Shown: positions 25,561 to 38,489 of the stretch, piece by piece
Layout of the letters: the number at the start of each line of letters is the position of its first letter
How positions within the stretch are numbered: the stretch's first letter is position 1
Assembly: GCA_951406725.2 (NCBI GenBank)
Contig: OX597821.1
Location: 23,870,001-23,934,000, forward strand
Reading direction: 5' to 3'
Length of the DNA: 64,000 nucleotides
Source of the DNA: Octopus vulgaris
Lineage: Eukaryota
Translations under genes and position numbers: made by a program
Notes under the pieces: generated by a model
What the model saw: only the letters and a program-made list of their open reading frames with translations
Databases searched by the model: none
What the model was told of the DNA's origin: nothing

Positions 25561-28194
25561 GACGGAAATCTGATCTACGACATGCGAAACTTCGCCGGAG
25601 GGAGATTTCGGTAAATGTGGAAAATGAGGGTGTCATGAAATGTGGAATGTTTAAAAATGTTATGGTTTACATGAAAACGAAAATCTGCTTATTGAATGAA
25701 GGTGGGAAAATGCTTTAATTTTAAACGCACGTGTATTACAATGAGAAGGGCAAAAACAATATTGAACGTAACTTGTTATACACTCCCCATTTCTTCGAAG
25801 TTACTCCGTAATTCTCCACATTTACCGTTATTTCTACTTCCAGTGGATCGAAGGGATTATTGATGAAGAGGAACTCTTCGTTTGTATTTAAATTTGAAAC
25901 AGCCAGTAAAGAAGTTACTGAAAACTTATATGAAAGAACATTAAGATCGAAGCTAATTCAACATGCGCTACATAGTTTAAAGAATGGTTGTTTTTTTATT
26001 ATTACTGTTATTTTATCAGCCCATGCATTTCCACATGCTCCTGGGCATTTTAAATTTACACTCCATTTGAGTGTGTCTTTCAGTGTATTATTTTTATTCT
26101 GAGAGGCAGCAAAATACGGAGGCCGCCACAGTGAATACTTGGTAAGTGAAATTGGGTCGACTAAGTGCAATAGTATGTGTCTGTGAGAAACCAGAAACAC
26201 CGGTGCTTTTTCGACCGAAGTCTCTACGTTATTTGCTATATTTCGGGGTTGCAGACAGTCATTGTTAGCTGTCTATTATGTAGTGAACCAGTGATGGATT
26301 GGTCTGTGAGAAACCTATGGCATGTATATGGAACTGAACTTGGGAGAAAAAAAAATCTTTCAGAACCGTGTTTCTCGTTCTATGAAAGACAGGAATACAA
26401 TAATAATAATGGGAGGGGAGGGCTTTTCCTTTCAGTATTATTTCCCTACGAGATCGTGATAGCTGTTTCAAATCCCCCTTTAACATTGTTCCAGTGTTGT
26501 TCAATGTTGTGCTGATCTTGCTCACCACATGGAGCATATGTTTTGTTGGTGTATCCGATCGTCAATCGCTAACTCAAAGTTAGACCTACACTCATATTGT
26601 TCATGGTGTTGCTGTTCCCTATATCCTGTGCACAGTTGACCGTAATCATACATATCTTAAGGCTTATTACAGATACAAACTAGCTTCTCTGTTACGCTAG
26701 TGCAAGAGCTTGCTCACCACACTGTCTTACAATTATGTATCTTGTTACAGTCATTGGACTGCGGCTATGCTGGGGTACCATCTTGAAGGGTTTTAGTCGA
26801 ACAAATCGACCTCAGTTCTTTTCTTTTTGAAGTCTGGTACTCATTCTGTTGGTCTCTTGCTGAACCGCTTCGTTACAGGGATGTAAACAAACCAACACAA
26901 GTTAAAGGGTGAGGTGGGGTGACAGGACAAACGCCTAGATACACACATGCACCCATATATATGTAACTGAGAGAAATCTGTCGAACATATGTGGGTGTGC
27001 GACAGGCTTATTTCAGTTTACAAGTCCAGATTCTTTCACAAGGCTTAGGTTTGCCAATTCCCTAGTAGAAAAATACTTGCCTAAGGTGTTGCCCCTATGG
27101 GACCGAGGCCGAAACCATATAGTTGGGAAGCAAAATTCTTGCCACGCCTGCGCCTATATCAGAAGAAAGTGGCAACAATTAAAACGTGGAATAGCAGTAA
27201 TGCGGAATATGGTAATCCTTCAGTATGGGAGATTTAAAAGAGTAAATAAAGATTAAAGGGGAAGTAGATTTTTGCTGTGATCCAATGACCGTCTGCCGAA
27301 TTCATTCTGTCAAATGGTTGGCGATAGATACACACTCAACAGGTTTACCATCTGCCAAATTCACTCACAAGGCATTGGTCTGTCCTAATAGAAGACATAT
27401 ATCCAAGGTGCTGCGTGGTGGCACTTAACTCGAGACCATGTTGTTGCGAAGCGAATATATCAGCCACTTTTTCTACCGCACAAAACTCCGTTTTGAACAT
27501 CAGAGATTCCGACTGAACAAAAAGAAAAAAATATATATCAAACTAGAAACATCTCTGGCTGTTTTCGTATACACGCCGCTAAAGTTAGAATTATGGATAT
27601 TGCTTTGACGTATGACTTTCCACACAAGACTATACTGAATTCTTTTTGTATATCGATTCTCTCTCTCTCTCAACGCCGATCAGGGGATTTGGCTGCTATT
27701 TTTAAGAGTTTCCCTCGTTCTTCCGAGAAATATGAATTGTATGTAAAGGGGCGTAACTCGTGCGAGGTCGGTTTTATTCCAACAATTGAAACCTCATTCA
27801 AAACATATCTTCTAAAAGACATAGACACGTGGATAAGGTAAAGAAATGTTTTATGGTGCTCCTTCTCTTTCATAAACATAAACAAAAAAAAAACATTAAA
27901 GAAGTAACTACTTGGAAATAAGTAGCTGTACCCTATACTGTTTCAGAATAAACAAAAGAAAAAACTCACAACACTGATGAGTGAATTATATTTCAGTATC
28001 ACATCTGCATTCTTTAATTTCCAGTCTGGAATCACACAGGAATTGGTCTTTTCTCTAACTCTTATCTTGCACTCACACCAACTTTTCACAACCTCAGTTT
28101 ATACGCTCGCATTTGCGACGGCCACAACATTTTCTCATTTTCCTTGGCGGCGGTAGATTAGCATCAAGCAAATATTTTTCTCTCATTTTTAATA

Positions 28195-28704
28195 CAGTCA
28201 ACTCTCGCTACTATGCCACCCTGCGGGACTGAGCCAAAGTGGCATAGTACCGAGGGTCTGTTATCTAAACACTACATGACCAAAAATTTACTGAACATAC
28301 GAATAAAAATTCATAGGGTAGGAAGTAAGGCCAATAAGAAAGAAGTTCAATGCAATGGTAAAAAGAAGACATCCAAGTTTAAGTTCAGATTGCTTTTAGT
28401 TAATCCCGAAGCTCTCAAAAATTGTCGGCTGACGCATCTTCTTTCGGCGGATTTCATTCATTTCGTTGTCTAGCCTATCACACGCCTGCATGACGCTGGG
28501 TTTTCCGCTGCTCTGCTGCTGCATAAACTTTCGGATAGTGCTCCATGCTCTCTGGGCATCTGCAAACGAAACGTATTCCTCTTCCACAATTACCTCGTCG
28601 TCTTCACTTTCCACCGCTTCAGTTTACAGGTGGCATAGTAAAAATTTTTTGTTTATTATTTGGCCGGGACCGCGCAAAACTGGCAAAGTAGCGAGAGTTG
28701 ACTG
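28195..28704 (-). mobile_element. Internally deleted pogo/Tigger-like element
   Basis: 24-bp TIRs CAGTCAACTCTCGCTACT(A/T)TGCCA with TA TSD. Retains the transposase C-terminus (...KKMRQPTIFESF). Confidence 0.8.
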
Positions 28705-28849
28705 TACCACAAAAACAAGCAACTTTGGGTTATAAATTCAGTAAGCTAAGGGAAGGGAGGTAACTTTTACCAGAACAAAAAAACGATACCCAGTTGTTGG
28801 TTAACCTATTAAGTTCCCAAATGATTTTATTTGATTTATTACCAAAAAT

Positions 28850-29072
28850 AGGCGGCGAGCTGGCAGAATCGTTAGCACGCTGGACGAAATGCTTAGCGGT
28901 ATTTCGTCAGCTGTTACGTTCTGAGTTCTAATTCTGCCTAGGTCGACTTTGCCTTTCATCCTTTTCGGGTCGATTAAATAAGTACCAGTTACGCACTGGC
29001 TCGATATAATCGACTTAATCCGTTTGTCCCCTCTGTGTTTAGCCCCTTGTGGGCAATAGAGAAATTATTATT
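28850..29072 (+). mobile_element. tRNA-like SINE family E (decayed minus-strand copies at ~140-375 and in an array at 55490-57330)
   Basis: GGCGGCGAGCTGGCAGAATCG...GTTCTGAGTTC...; 3' end GCCCCTTGTGGGCAATAGAGAAATTATTATT. Confidence 0.7.
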
Positions 29073-31256
29073 ACCAAAAATATTTCTTTATACAACTTTA
29101 TCTGATACTAAATATATATAAAATTTATTACAATATTTGAAAGACCCTCCAGTCTTGATGACTAACTAAAGATATTTCAGGTATTGCAAAAATATGATGG
29201 ATTATCCTGATCCTAAAAAGAGGGCCATGGGCACTATTGGGTTAAACTAAATATCTTCTATTGTCAGTCTGCGACATCTAAATCATATACACTTTTACTG
29301 TCTAGGAAATTAGAAAGTCGTTATGCAGTCATGTCATCAGCTAGAAAGAGCTTCTAAATTGCCTTTAAAAAAAGGAAGATATATTGAATAATGCAGTCCT
29401 ATATACATGTAACCCAGTACAACCTGTTACATGGTCGGGTCGTTGGCGACTAAACTGGCAACCCCACCAAGATTTCTTGGTGAGGAGGGTGATTTGGACA
29501 CCCAGCAGGACTAAAAGCAAAACCTGTCAAAGGGCAGAGGAACTCTCTCATGAGTCAATGGCCATCCAAAAACCTACATAAATCCGGAGTGGAGCCCCTA
29601 AGGCAGTTGGATTGCGCCATGCGTGCCACCTTCTGGCAGCTCCTGCATCCTGGTCTACCCCCAGCCATCTTGACTTTGTCTTACCACTGGATCCGGTGCA
29701 CCAGGACAAGAGAGTGAGGCTGATCCTGTGCAAGACACCCTCACTATAATCCAAGTCATGGCCCGGATTGGCCTCACCAGCCACCTCCGGTCTCTTAGCA
29801 GCAATTCCACCAAATGATGTCAATGGTCATCTTCGAACCCGAAGGACGAACATTATTATCATTATATTTTAGAAGATGGCATCGTCTTGTATTGAATAGC
29901 TTTAATCTTTTACTAGTCTCAGCTTATGAGCTGCAGCCATGCTGGTGCAAATCCGATGGATTGAGAATGACCTAGGGTTAAAAGTCCAGAACAATAACAA
30001 CAAACTGGAGTGGCTGTGTGGTAAGTAGCTTGCCTACCAACCACATGGTTCCAGATTCAGTCCCACTGTGTGGCATCTTGGGCAAGTGTCTTCTGCTATA
30101 GCCCCGGGCCGACCAATGCCTTGTGAGTGGATTTGGTAGACGGAAATTGAAAGAAGCCTGTCGTATATATGTATGTGTGTGTTTGTTCCCCTAGCATTGC
30201 TTGACAACCGATGCTGGTGTGTTTTCGTCCCCTTAACTTAGCGGTTCGGCACAAGAGACCGGTAGAATAAGTACTGGGCTTACAAAGAATAAGTCCCGGG
30301 GTCGATTTGCTCAACTAAAAGGCGGTGCTCCAGCATGGCCGCAGTCAAATGACTGAAACAAGTAAAAGAGATCAAAGAGTAATACCCAGATAGTTAAAAG
30401 CAGATAATATAGCTGGCATTTAAAGACCGAAAAAACAAAATTATATTATCAATATCTTTATTGAGGTTTTTCAATTTAAAAGGAAAAGATATAAACGTTT
30501 GTATAAAAAACAACCCACAACAATATAATTTGATTGAAAAATAATCACAAAAAGTTACAAAACATAAAAGATTTTGCGATTTCTTTCTCTAGCAGTACAC
30601 AAAATATTTTTTTTTTTAATCTTTTTAATTTTTTTTTTCACATTTTTATATTTTTTTGGCATTTTTCAGTGGATACAGATGTATGGAGCTTGTGATATTC
30701 ATGCTTTTATCAAGGCTTATTAACTGCTTGTATGATGAGAATTGGCTTCACTGTGAATTGAAACTGGCTAACAGATAAGACCCAACACATTCCAAGCTGT
30801 TGCTTCTTACCTCTTGCAGGAAATAATTTGCCAAAACTTTCTGTAGAATTCTTTGAAGCTGTATCAGAATTATTCAGCTTGCAATAATGATGATAATAAC
30901 ACTGGTGGTGTGGTTTTTCGCTTTATTTTTATAAAAGACTAGATATTAAATGAAAATATTAAATTATAAATATATATAGATAGATAATCCTATCAAGGCT
31001 TTACTCTCACTCACCACAGCACCTGCAGGCTAGAAGAGGCTTCATGGCAGGCCTCATGCCAGGTGGCTGGACATGATTAAGGAAGGTCTCCAGAGACTCA
31101 ATATCACCTTGGAGTATAGAGAGGGGTTGGCATGGGGATACCAGCAACAGAGAGCACTGGTGGACCTGATCAGCTCTATGCATAATGACATCTCTGGGAC
31201 CACTAACCTGGAATGACCCCAGCTCCATCAAGCAAGCGCATGAAGCAAACAAACAG

Positions 31257-31294
<38 letters not shown>

Positions 31295-31805
31295 GGCATG
31301 GCTGTGTTAAAGGAGTGTGCTTCCCAACCACATGATTCCAGGTTCAGTCCCATTGCATGGTACCTTGGGCAACTATCTTTTTCTACAGCCCTAGGCAGAC
31401 CAAAACCTTGTGAGCAGATCTGGTGGAGAGAAACTGAATGAAGCCATCATATACATATGTGTCTATGTGTGTATGTCTCCCACTACCACTTGGTAACTGC
31501 TGTTGGCTTGTTTACATCCTCATAACTTGGCAGTTCAGCAAAGGGAAACCAATAGAATAAGTATCAGGTTTAGAAAACAAAATAAGTACTGAGGTTAATT
31601 TGTTTGACTAAACCCTTTAAGTATGTGCTCCAGCATGGCAACGGTTTAAGGACAGAAATAAGTAAAAGATATATATATATCTGAATGTATATTATTGTGT
31701 ATTCATTCATTCATTGTACACCTGTTTTTCTATACTGACTTAAGTAAGACCTATGTATATTATATATACATACACAAACACAAGTATGCATGTGTGAGTG
31801 TGTGT

Positions 31806-31850
<45 letters not shown>

Positions 31851-32655
31851 TATGCGTGTGCAGGTGTGGCTGTGTTGTTAAGAAGCTTGTTTCCCAGCCA
31901 TAGGGCTTCAGGTTCAGTCTGAGAGTACATTTGGTAAATGGAAACTTGAAGAAGCTTGTCACATACAAGTGCAAATGTCCCCTTGTCTTGACACTGCATG
32001 ATAGTTGTGGAGATGAGTGTCACCATCATACAAGCGGTGTCTCTTGTTTCCAGTCTTCCATGAAAACATGTCCAGCCATGGTGAAATGTTGCCTTGCACG
32101 GAAATACAAGTGAGGGTTGGTGGCAGGAAAGGAATCCAGTCACAGACAATCTGCCTAAACAAATCTCATCTGGCTCATGTAAACATGGATAAGTGGATCT
32201 TGAAATGATGATGACGCTATATATGTGTGTGTGTGTGTGTGTGTGTCCCAGTATGGCCACAGCCTACTGGCTGTGGAATCAGTAAAATAACATACACACA
32301 ATTATAGCAAAAAGCCGAATACATAAGCACAAGCAAGACTTTAAAAAAATATTCAATTGATTTGCAAGCTTTTTAAAAATTTAAAATAAAAAAATATTTC
32401 TTTAACATTTTTGGTGGGAATTTTGAAATTTTTATTTCTACAAAAACAAAGAAAAACACCAATTTTTTTTTTCTTGCTCACGTTTTATTCAGGTGTTGTT
32501 GGCTGTTTGAGACAAGTTGGCATCTTTCACTTGGAAAATATTCTTATTCTGACAGAACCGCACACAATATGTATACATATATATATATATATTACATGTA
32601 TCGATTTTATATATATATATATATATTGGAAGGTTTGGAGATGATGTACAAGTAT

Positions 32656-32880
32656 TATATATTAGAAGAAATGAGGTACTCAGAAGATTGGATGGTTTAT
32701 ATTTACAGATATTTTTTTTTTTTTTTTCCTAAGGCCCCAGAACCCCCTTGGAGCCAACACTCTGCTGGACAGAGTGTTGGCTCCAAGGGAGTTCTGGGGC
32801 CTTACGAAAAAAAAAATCAAGAAATATCTGTAAATATAAACCATCCGATCTTCTGAGTACCTCATTTCTTCTATAATATA
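32656..32880. repeat. ~225-bp palindrome/hairpin
   Basis: Centre ...GGAGCCAACACTCTG-CTGGA-CAGAGTGTTGGCTCC...; both arms end in AGAAGAAATGAGGTACTCAGAAGAT or its complement. Confidence 0.95.
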
Positions 32881-33359
32881 TATATATATATACATACATA
32901 CATACATAAGAAAATGAGATGGCAAAGGAATAAATCATTATTTTTCCATTGTCAAGGGACTATAAGTTGTTAGATCTCTTTTGGACGGGAGTTTTTGCAT
33001 TTTGATATTTACCTTAAGCATTGTAAGACTTAACAGCCTGGTGTAGAACTCAACACACATATGCTTCAGAACGAAGCATTGGACGAGTATAGAATGGTAA
33101 TGAGATGACAAAGGAATGAACGATTATTTTTCCAACTAATAATCCTTATTCCAAGGAATAATTGTTTATTCCTTTGGCATCTCATTTTATTACTGCTTCA
33201 TACTTGTCTAACACTAAATTCTAAAGCATATGCATATTGAGTTCTATAGCAGGTCTCACAATGCTATAGTGAAATATGTATGTATGTATCTATATATATA
33301 TATATATATATATATATAGATACAGGAGTGGCTGTGTGGTAAGTAGCTTGCTAACCTCG

Positions 33360-34901
33360 GAGGAAAGACATAAGTGTCTAGATCAAGATAAGCTGAATAC
33401 ATTTGACAAAAGAGTTGCACCTTTTAAGGGGACTTGGAAAGGATCAACTTTCAACTATGATCCAAAACATGATTATTCGACAGAGAAATTGATTGATACT
33501 GGAGTAATGTCAAAAGTGTGCAGTTTTTTTTTTTTTCAAGGAAAGAAATGAGAAAGGGAAACCACCACTATGTGTTGTGGTAGAGGAATGGTGGCTTTAC
33601 CAATTTTGGTACACCCACAGATACCTTGAAGGCATTGCTTTTGGGAAACACACCAAGGAGCATGCACTTCTTGAAAAACATTAAGGATTATAATTCTGCT
33701 TTCCAAATGATGGTCTTTGGAATCAATATTATAAGAGGACAACAATAAGTCTATGGAAGTAGTTACATTAGTTTTATCAGGAGACTTCAGGCAGACATTA
33801 CCAGTCATTCCAAGACAAACAAGATCTGATGAAATAAGAGCATGCATTAAGTCTTCACACCTTTGGAATAAAGTACAGAGATTCTACTTCAATACTAACA
33901 TGTGAGCTTTATTAGTTAGGGACCAATGTGCAGAACAGTTTTCACCTGGCTCCTCCAATTAGGAAATGGGAAAGTTCCATTTGATGGGAATTTGGCTCAT
34001 ATTGCTATCATAGTGAATTCCCCCTGCTAAATTGAAAAACAGGGTATTTCCAGTCTTAAATAATGATTATAATTTACATAAATGGTTGTGTGAAAGGGCA
34101 ATTCTTGCTCAAAAAGATGAGACAGTAGCAAGGATTAACCATGAATTAATGAATAGGATTCCAACAGTCATTAAGGAGTACGAATCAGTTGATTCAGACC
34201 ATGGATGAAAATCAAGCTGTCCATGACCCAACAGTGTTCCTTAACTCTCTTGAGCCACCTGGAACTCTTCCACATAAACTTTTTCTGGAGGTAGGAGTTC
34301 TAATAATACTTCTAAGCAATTTAGATCCTCCCCAATTATGTAATGAAACAAGGTTGATTGTGAAGACATTATCACCTACTGTGAAAGAAGCTACCATCAT
34401 CACTGGTTGTGCCTTAGTGGGAGGAGGTTTTCATTCCCAGAATTCCAATCAAACCAACAGACATGCCATTTGAGTTCAAACAAACTCAATTCCCAGTGTG
34501 ACTTTGCTTTGCAATGTCTATTAATAAAGCTCAAGGTCAGACTTTGAAACCTATTAGCACTTAATTGAGCTCTGCTTTTCTCATGGTCAACTTTACGTTG
34601 AGCTCCAGGGGTTGATAGTTTGCAAGACTTATTTGTCTATACTCCAAACCAGAAAACAAAGAATATTGTTTACCCAGAAGCTCTTAGATAATTTCCTTCA
34701 ACATGTGATAGAATTTATCTCCCTTCATAAAAGTGGTTAAATTTTGTATTTTCGTTTATTATTATTTTGTATTATGAATTCAGAACTGATTTACCAGTTG
34801 AAGAATAAATTGTATCCTAATAACAAATTTCTATACGACATATCAAAATAAGTATATAAGGAACAATTTCATTCCCCGACAACGCCGGGTGCCTCTGCTA
34901 G
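33360..34901 (+). mobile_element. Internally deleted Helitron (Rep/Pif1 helicase pseudogene)
   Basis: Helicase motifs GDFRQTLPVI, LSNLDPPQLCNETRL, FAMSINKAQGQTL and FSHGQLYV. The 3' hairpin CCCGACAACGCCGGG is followed by CTAG. Confidence 0.85.
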
Positions 34902-34923
34902 AATATATATATATATATATGTA

Positions 34924-34966
<43 letters not shown>

Positions 34967-34980
34967 CACTCTCTCTCTCT

Positions 34981-35023
<43 letters not shown>

Positions 35024-35535
35024 TCTCTCTCTCTCAATATATATATATATATATATACTCTCTCTCTCTCAATATATATATATATGTGTGTGTGTGTATG
35101 TTTGTACATATATATATATATAATGTATAGATAATGCATGTGAATGTGTGTTTGTGTATACATTATATATATATATATACACACGCACAAACACTTTCTT
35201 TCAAAAGCCATGTTCAAAATATCATTCAAATACAGTTCATTATGCACCCTATTTTTGCATTACCCATTTTGAGTCCCTGGATTACAAAGGAATTTCTATG
35301 ATCCCTGAACATACATTTAGAAGCAATGAAACATGTAAATATGTAAGAGAAAGTAAAAAAGTTGATGTGGGTACAAAAGAATATTATAAATAAAAAGCAG
35401 TCAAAACAAGACTTCCCCTAATTCTTTGTTGCATGCTTGTTGAGGGTTTTGTCTTTTTCCAAGAGATGATTACTTTTGTGTGTGTTTGCAGACAGGAGGT
35501 TTGTCTGTCAAGCTTATTGCATAGCAGTTCACTCA

Positions 35536-35640
35536 TTAATTTTCTTCAGAACCTTGAGCTTGCATTTTTTCTGCAGCCTCTTCTTTCTCCCCAGTTTGAC
35601 GAGATTCATTTAGTTTCTTGCTGGCACCATCCACGAATTT
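35536..35640 (-). CDS. SLC44A1: CTL-like last coding exon
   Basis: ttgcag|AAA TTC GTG...; encodes KFVDGASKKLNESRQTGEKEEAAEKMQAQGSEEN* with TAA at 35538-35536. Confidence 0.8.
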   Translation of the reverse strand, partial: KFVDGASKKLNESRQTGEKEEAAEKMQAQGSEEN

Positions 35641-36589
35641 CTGCAATTAAAAGAGAGACAGATTAGGAGGAAATTTTTAACTATTTGTTTATTATTGTTC
35701 TATTAACATAACAGTTTGTTTCCCCAGTCACATGGTTCTGGGCTCAATCCCAGTCCCTCTGCATGGATCCTTGGACAATTGTCTTCTACTATAGCCCCAG
35801 GCTGACCAAAGCCATGTGAGTTGATTTGGTAGACTGAAGCTGGAAGAAATTTGTTCTTGTGTGTGTGTGTGTGAGCATACACACACACATACATGTATGT
35901 ATGTAACCGTACTCATCTTAGTGTTTATTTCTCCCCACCTCCACCACTTGACAACTAGTGTTGGTTTGTTTACATCTCCTTAACTAAGCACTTCAGCAAA
36001 AGTGATTGATAAAATTAGTACCAGGCTTGAAAAATAAGTACTGTGCTGATTTGTTTGACTAAAACCCTTCAAGGTGGTGCCCCAGCATAGCCACAGTCAA
36101 ATGACTGCAACAAGTAAAAAACAGAAGATAACACTCTATAGTTAAAATGTTGGACTTCTGCCGCCAAAGGTTTCGATTAACTATTGACCCTAATACTTTG
36201 ATACTTATTAATCAAATGCCAAATTTACTGTTTCACATAAAGGGACACAACTAGACATAATTCAGTACCTAAATACCACAAGGTATGGAAGTTCCAAAGA
36301 TGGCGAATTGGCACCTGTCAGAAGGATGAATAGAAGGTCACAAGATATCTGTCCTAGTTCTCTGCATTCTAAGTTAAAACTCTATTGAGGTCAACTTTGA
36401 TGTTCATCTTGAGTCAATAAAAAGAAATTACCAATCCAGGGCAGCAGATTGTCAGAACTGTTAGTGGGGGTGAGTGGGCAAGATGTAATGTATTTGTCCT
36501 GACTCTTTGTATTCTAACAGTAAACCTGTGATGACACTGGTGCCAAGCTATATTGGTCAAAGTCAGAGGCCTTTCTCTTGGATAAACAT

Positions 36590-36915
36590 CAGCAGTGAAG
36601 AAAATGACTTGCTGCCTGACACCCAACATGGTTTCCGACCAGGAAGAAGCTGCCTAACTCAGCTCCTACAACACTATGACTGGGTACTGAAACGACTGCT
36701 CAATCACTCAAATGTGGAAGTCATATATATCGACATTGCAAAGGCCTTTGATAAAGTCGATCATGGAATGATATGCCACAAACTGCATGATCTTGGCATA
36801 GTTGGAAAATTGGGAGAATGGCTTCATGACTTTCTGAAGGATAGAAGCCAGGTGGTAGTAGCTTCCATTAACACGCAAATAGTGAGCGGTGTTCCACAAG
36901 GCACTGTTTTGAGAC
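36590..36915 (+). mobile_element. CR1/L2-type LINE RT fragment
   Basis: QHGFRPGRSCLTQLL...YIDIAKAFDKVDH...SGVPQGTVL. Confidence 0.85.
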
Positions 36916-37039
36916 ACAGGAAATTTACAAGTGTAGCGACACCTGCAGGTCTGACTATGCTGCATTGAGAAGGGGCAACAACCCTGAAACATGTTTGTAG
37001 CTGTTGGACTAGCAGGTTGAAGCGGCTGACCTCCCCTGT

Positions 37040-37087
<48 letters not shown>

Positions 37088-37632
37088 TATAAGTTGGCAA
37101 GTAGCCTTGCCAACTCCTGTCAAGCCATCCAACCCATATATATATATATCTCATCATCATCTGTTTTTCATGCTGGCATGGGTTGGATGGCTTGACAGGA
37201 GTTAGCAAGGATAGGAGCTGCACCAGGTTCCATTAGTCTGTTTTGGTTGGGTTTCTATGGCTGGATGCCCTTCCTAACACCAATCACTCCACAGAGTGTA
37301 CTGGGTGCTTTTTATGTGGCCCATTACAAGTGCTCTTCACACAGCACCAGCATTCACACCAATGCATTTTATGTGGCACCTTGGATTTAGAATCTCAGTT
37401 CTGTTGTGGTAGATGTGTCTTCTCATGTACAGGAATCTGCCACATATCTCGGTCCTCTGTCATCTTCGTAAAGTTCAGTGTTTTGAGATTGGCTTTTAAC
37501 ACACATGCACACACACACACAACTTATCTTTCAAACATGTGTTAATAAAAAATTGTTAAGCGAGTAGAGTTGGGTTTTCAGTCGAAGACGTATACACACT
37601 TTCAAAAGAGCATGTAAACTGCAATAGCTCAC

Positions 37633-37728
37633 CATTAATGAAGTATCCATGTAGTATGGTTTCTCTGCAGAACCATCATTAATCTCCACATCCTCACAGA
37701 AACACAGCAGCAGGGTATCAACCACCAT
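37633..37728 (-). CDS. SLC44A1: CTL-like exon
   Basis: 96 bp; MVVDTLLLCFCEDVEINDGSAEKPYYMDTSLM. Confidence 0.92.
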
Positions 37729-38489
37729 CTGTAATAGAAATAGAACAAAATGAGAGCGTTTCAAATTCAAAATGGTAAACCGATCCTTTAGAGACAACTA
37801 TGCTTTTCAGTGAGATACGAAAAGGGATAAGAGTTTTAGTATTTAAAATTCTATAAAAGTAACTATATTGGAGAGAGAAAAAATATGTAAGAGTTAGTGG
37901 TTTAACATGAGTGGAAGAAAGTGGCCAAGAGCAGAGAAAGAGGCTGAGTGTTGAGAAAGAGGTGGATATCTTTATATATATAAAACTGAGAATGTGTGTC
38001 TGTCTGTCTGTGTATTTCCCTAAAACTTGAGAACTACACAACCAATTTCATTCAAATTTTACACATGCCTTACTTAGGGTCAATGTAGTTTCATGGGCAA
38101 AAAAAATGTTCAACTTCTTGCCTAGAGCGAGCCCATAGCAATATCATATCTTCTCCACTATTTCAGAATTACATGTTAAAAGTGAAACAAAAACATTTCT
38201 CTATTTTATGTCAGATGCTTTCACTTTAACAGTAAAAATAATAATAACAATTGAATTATACGTAGTAAGTAATAATTAAAATCAAACTAAAGTAACATAA
38301 CAAAAGTAAAAATAGCAATTGGTATAAAATTGCATCAATGATTTGAACTTGAATAAGTGGTTTCACATGAATGGGAATAAATTAAAAATAAAATTAGTGT
38401 GCAGAAATGGAATAGTCCAGATGGATAATAAAAAATTAAATTAAAGAAAAGACTGTTGTCTATAAAGTATATAATGTAGAGAAAAAAGA

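Noticed and set aside
29415-29850. GC-richer segment that could be a retroelement 5' UTR with an HDV-like ribozyme
   Set aside because: The nested double pseudoknot could not be established by eye.
30805-30845. Possible alternative last exon of the CTL gene
   Set aside because: AG/GT sites exist, but there is no recognisable CTL homology and the 35536-35640 exon already completes the protein.
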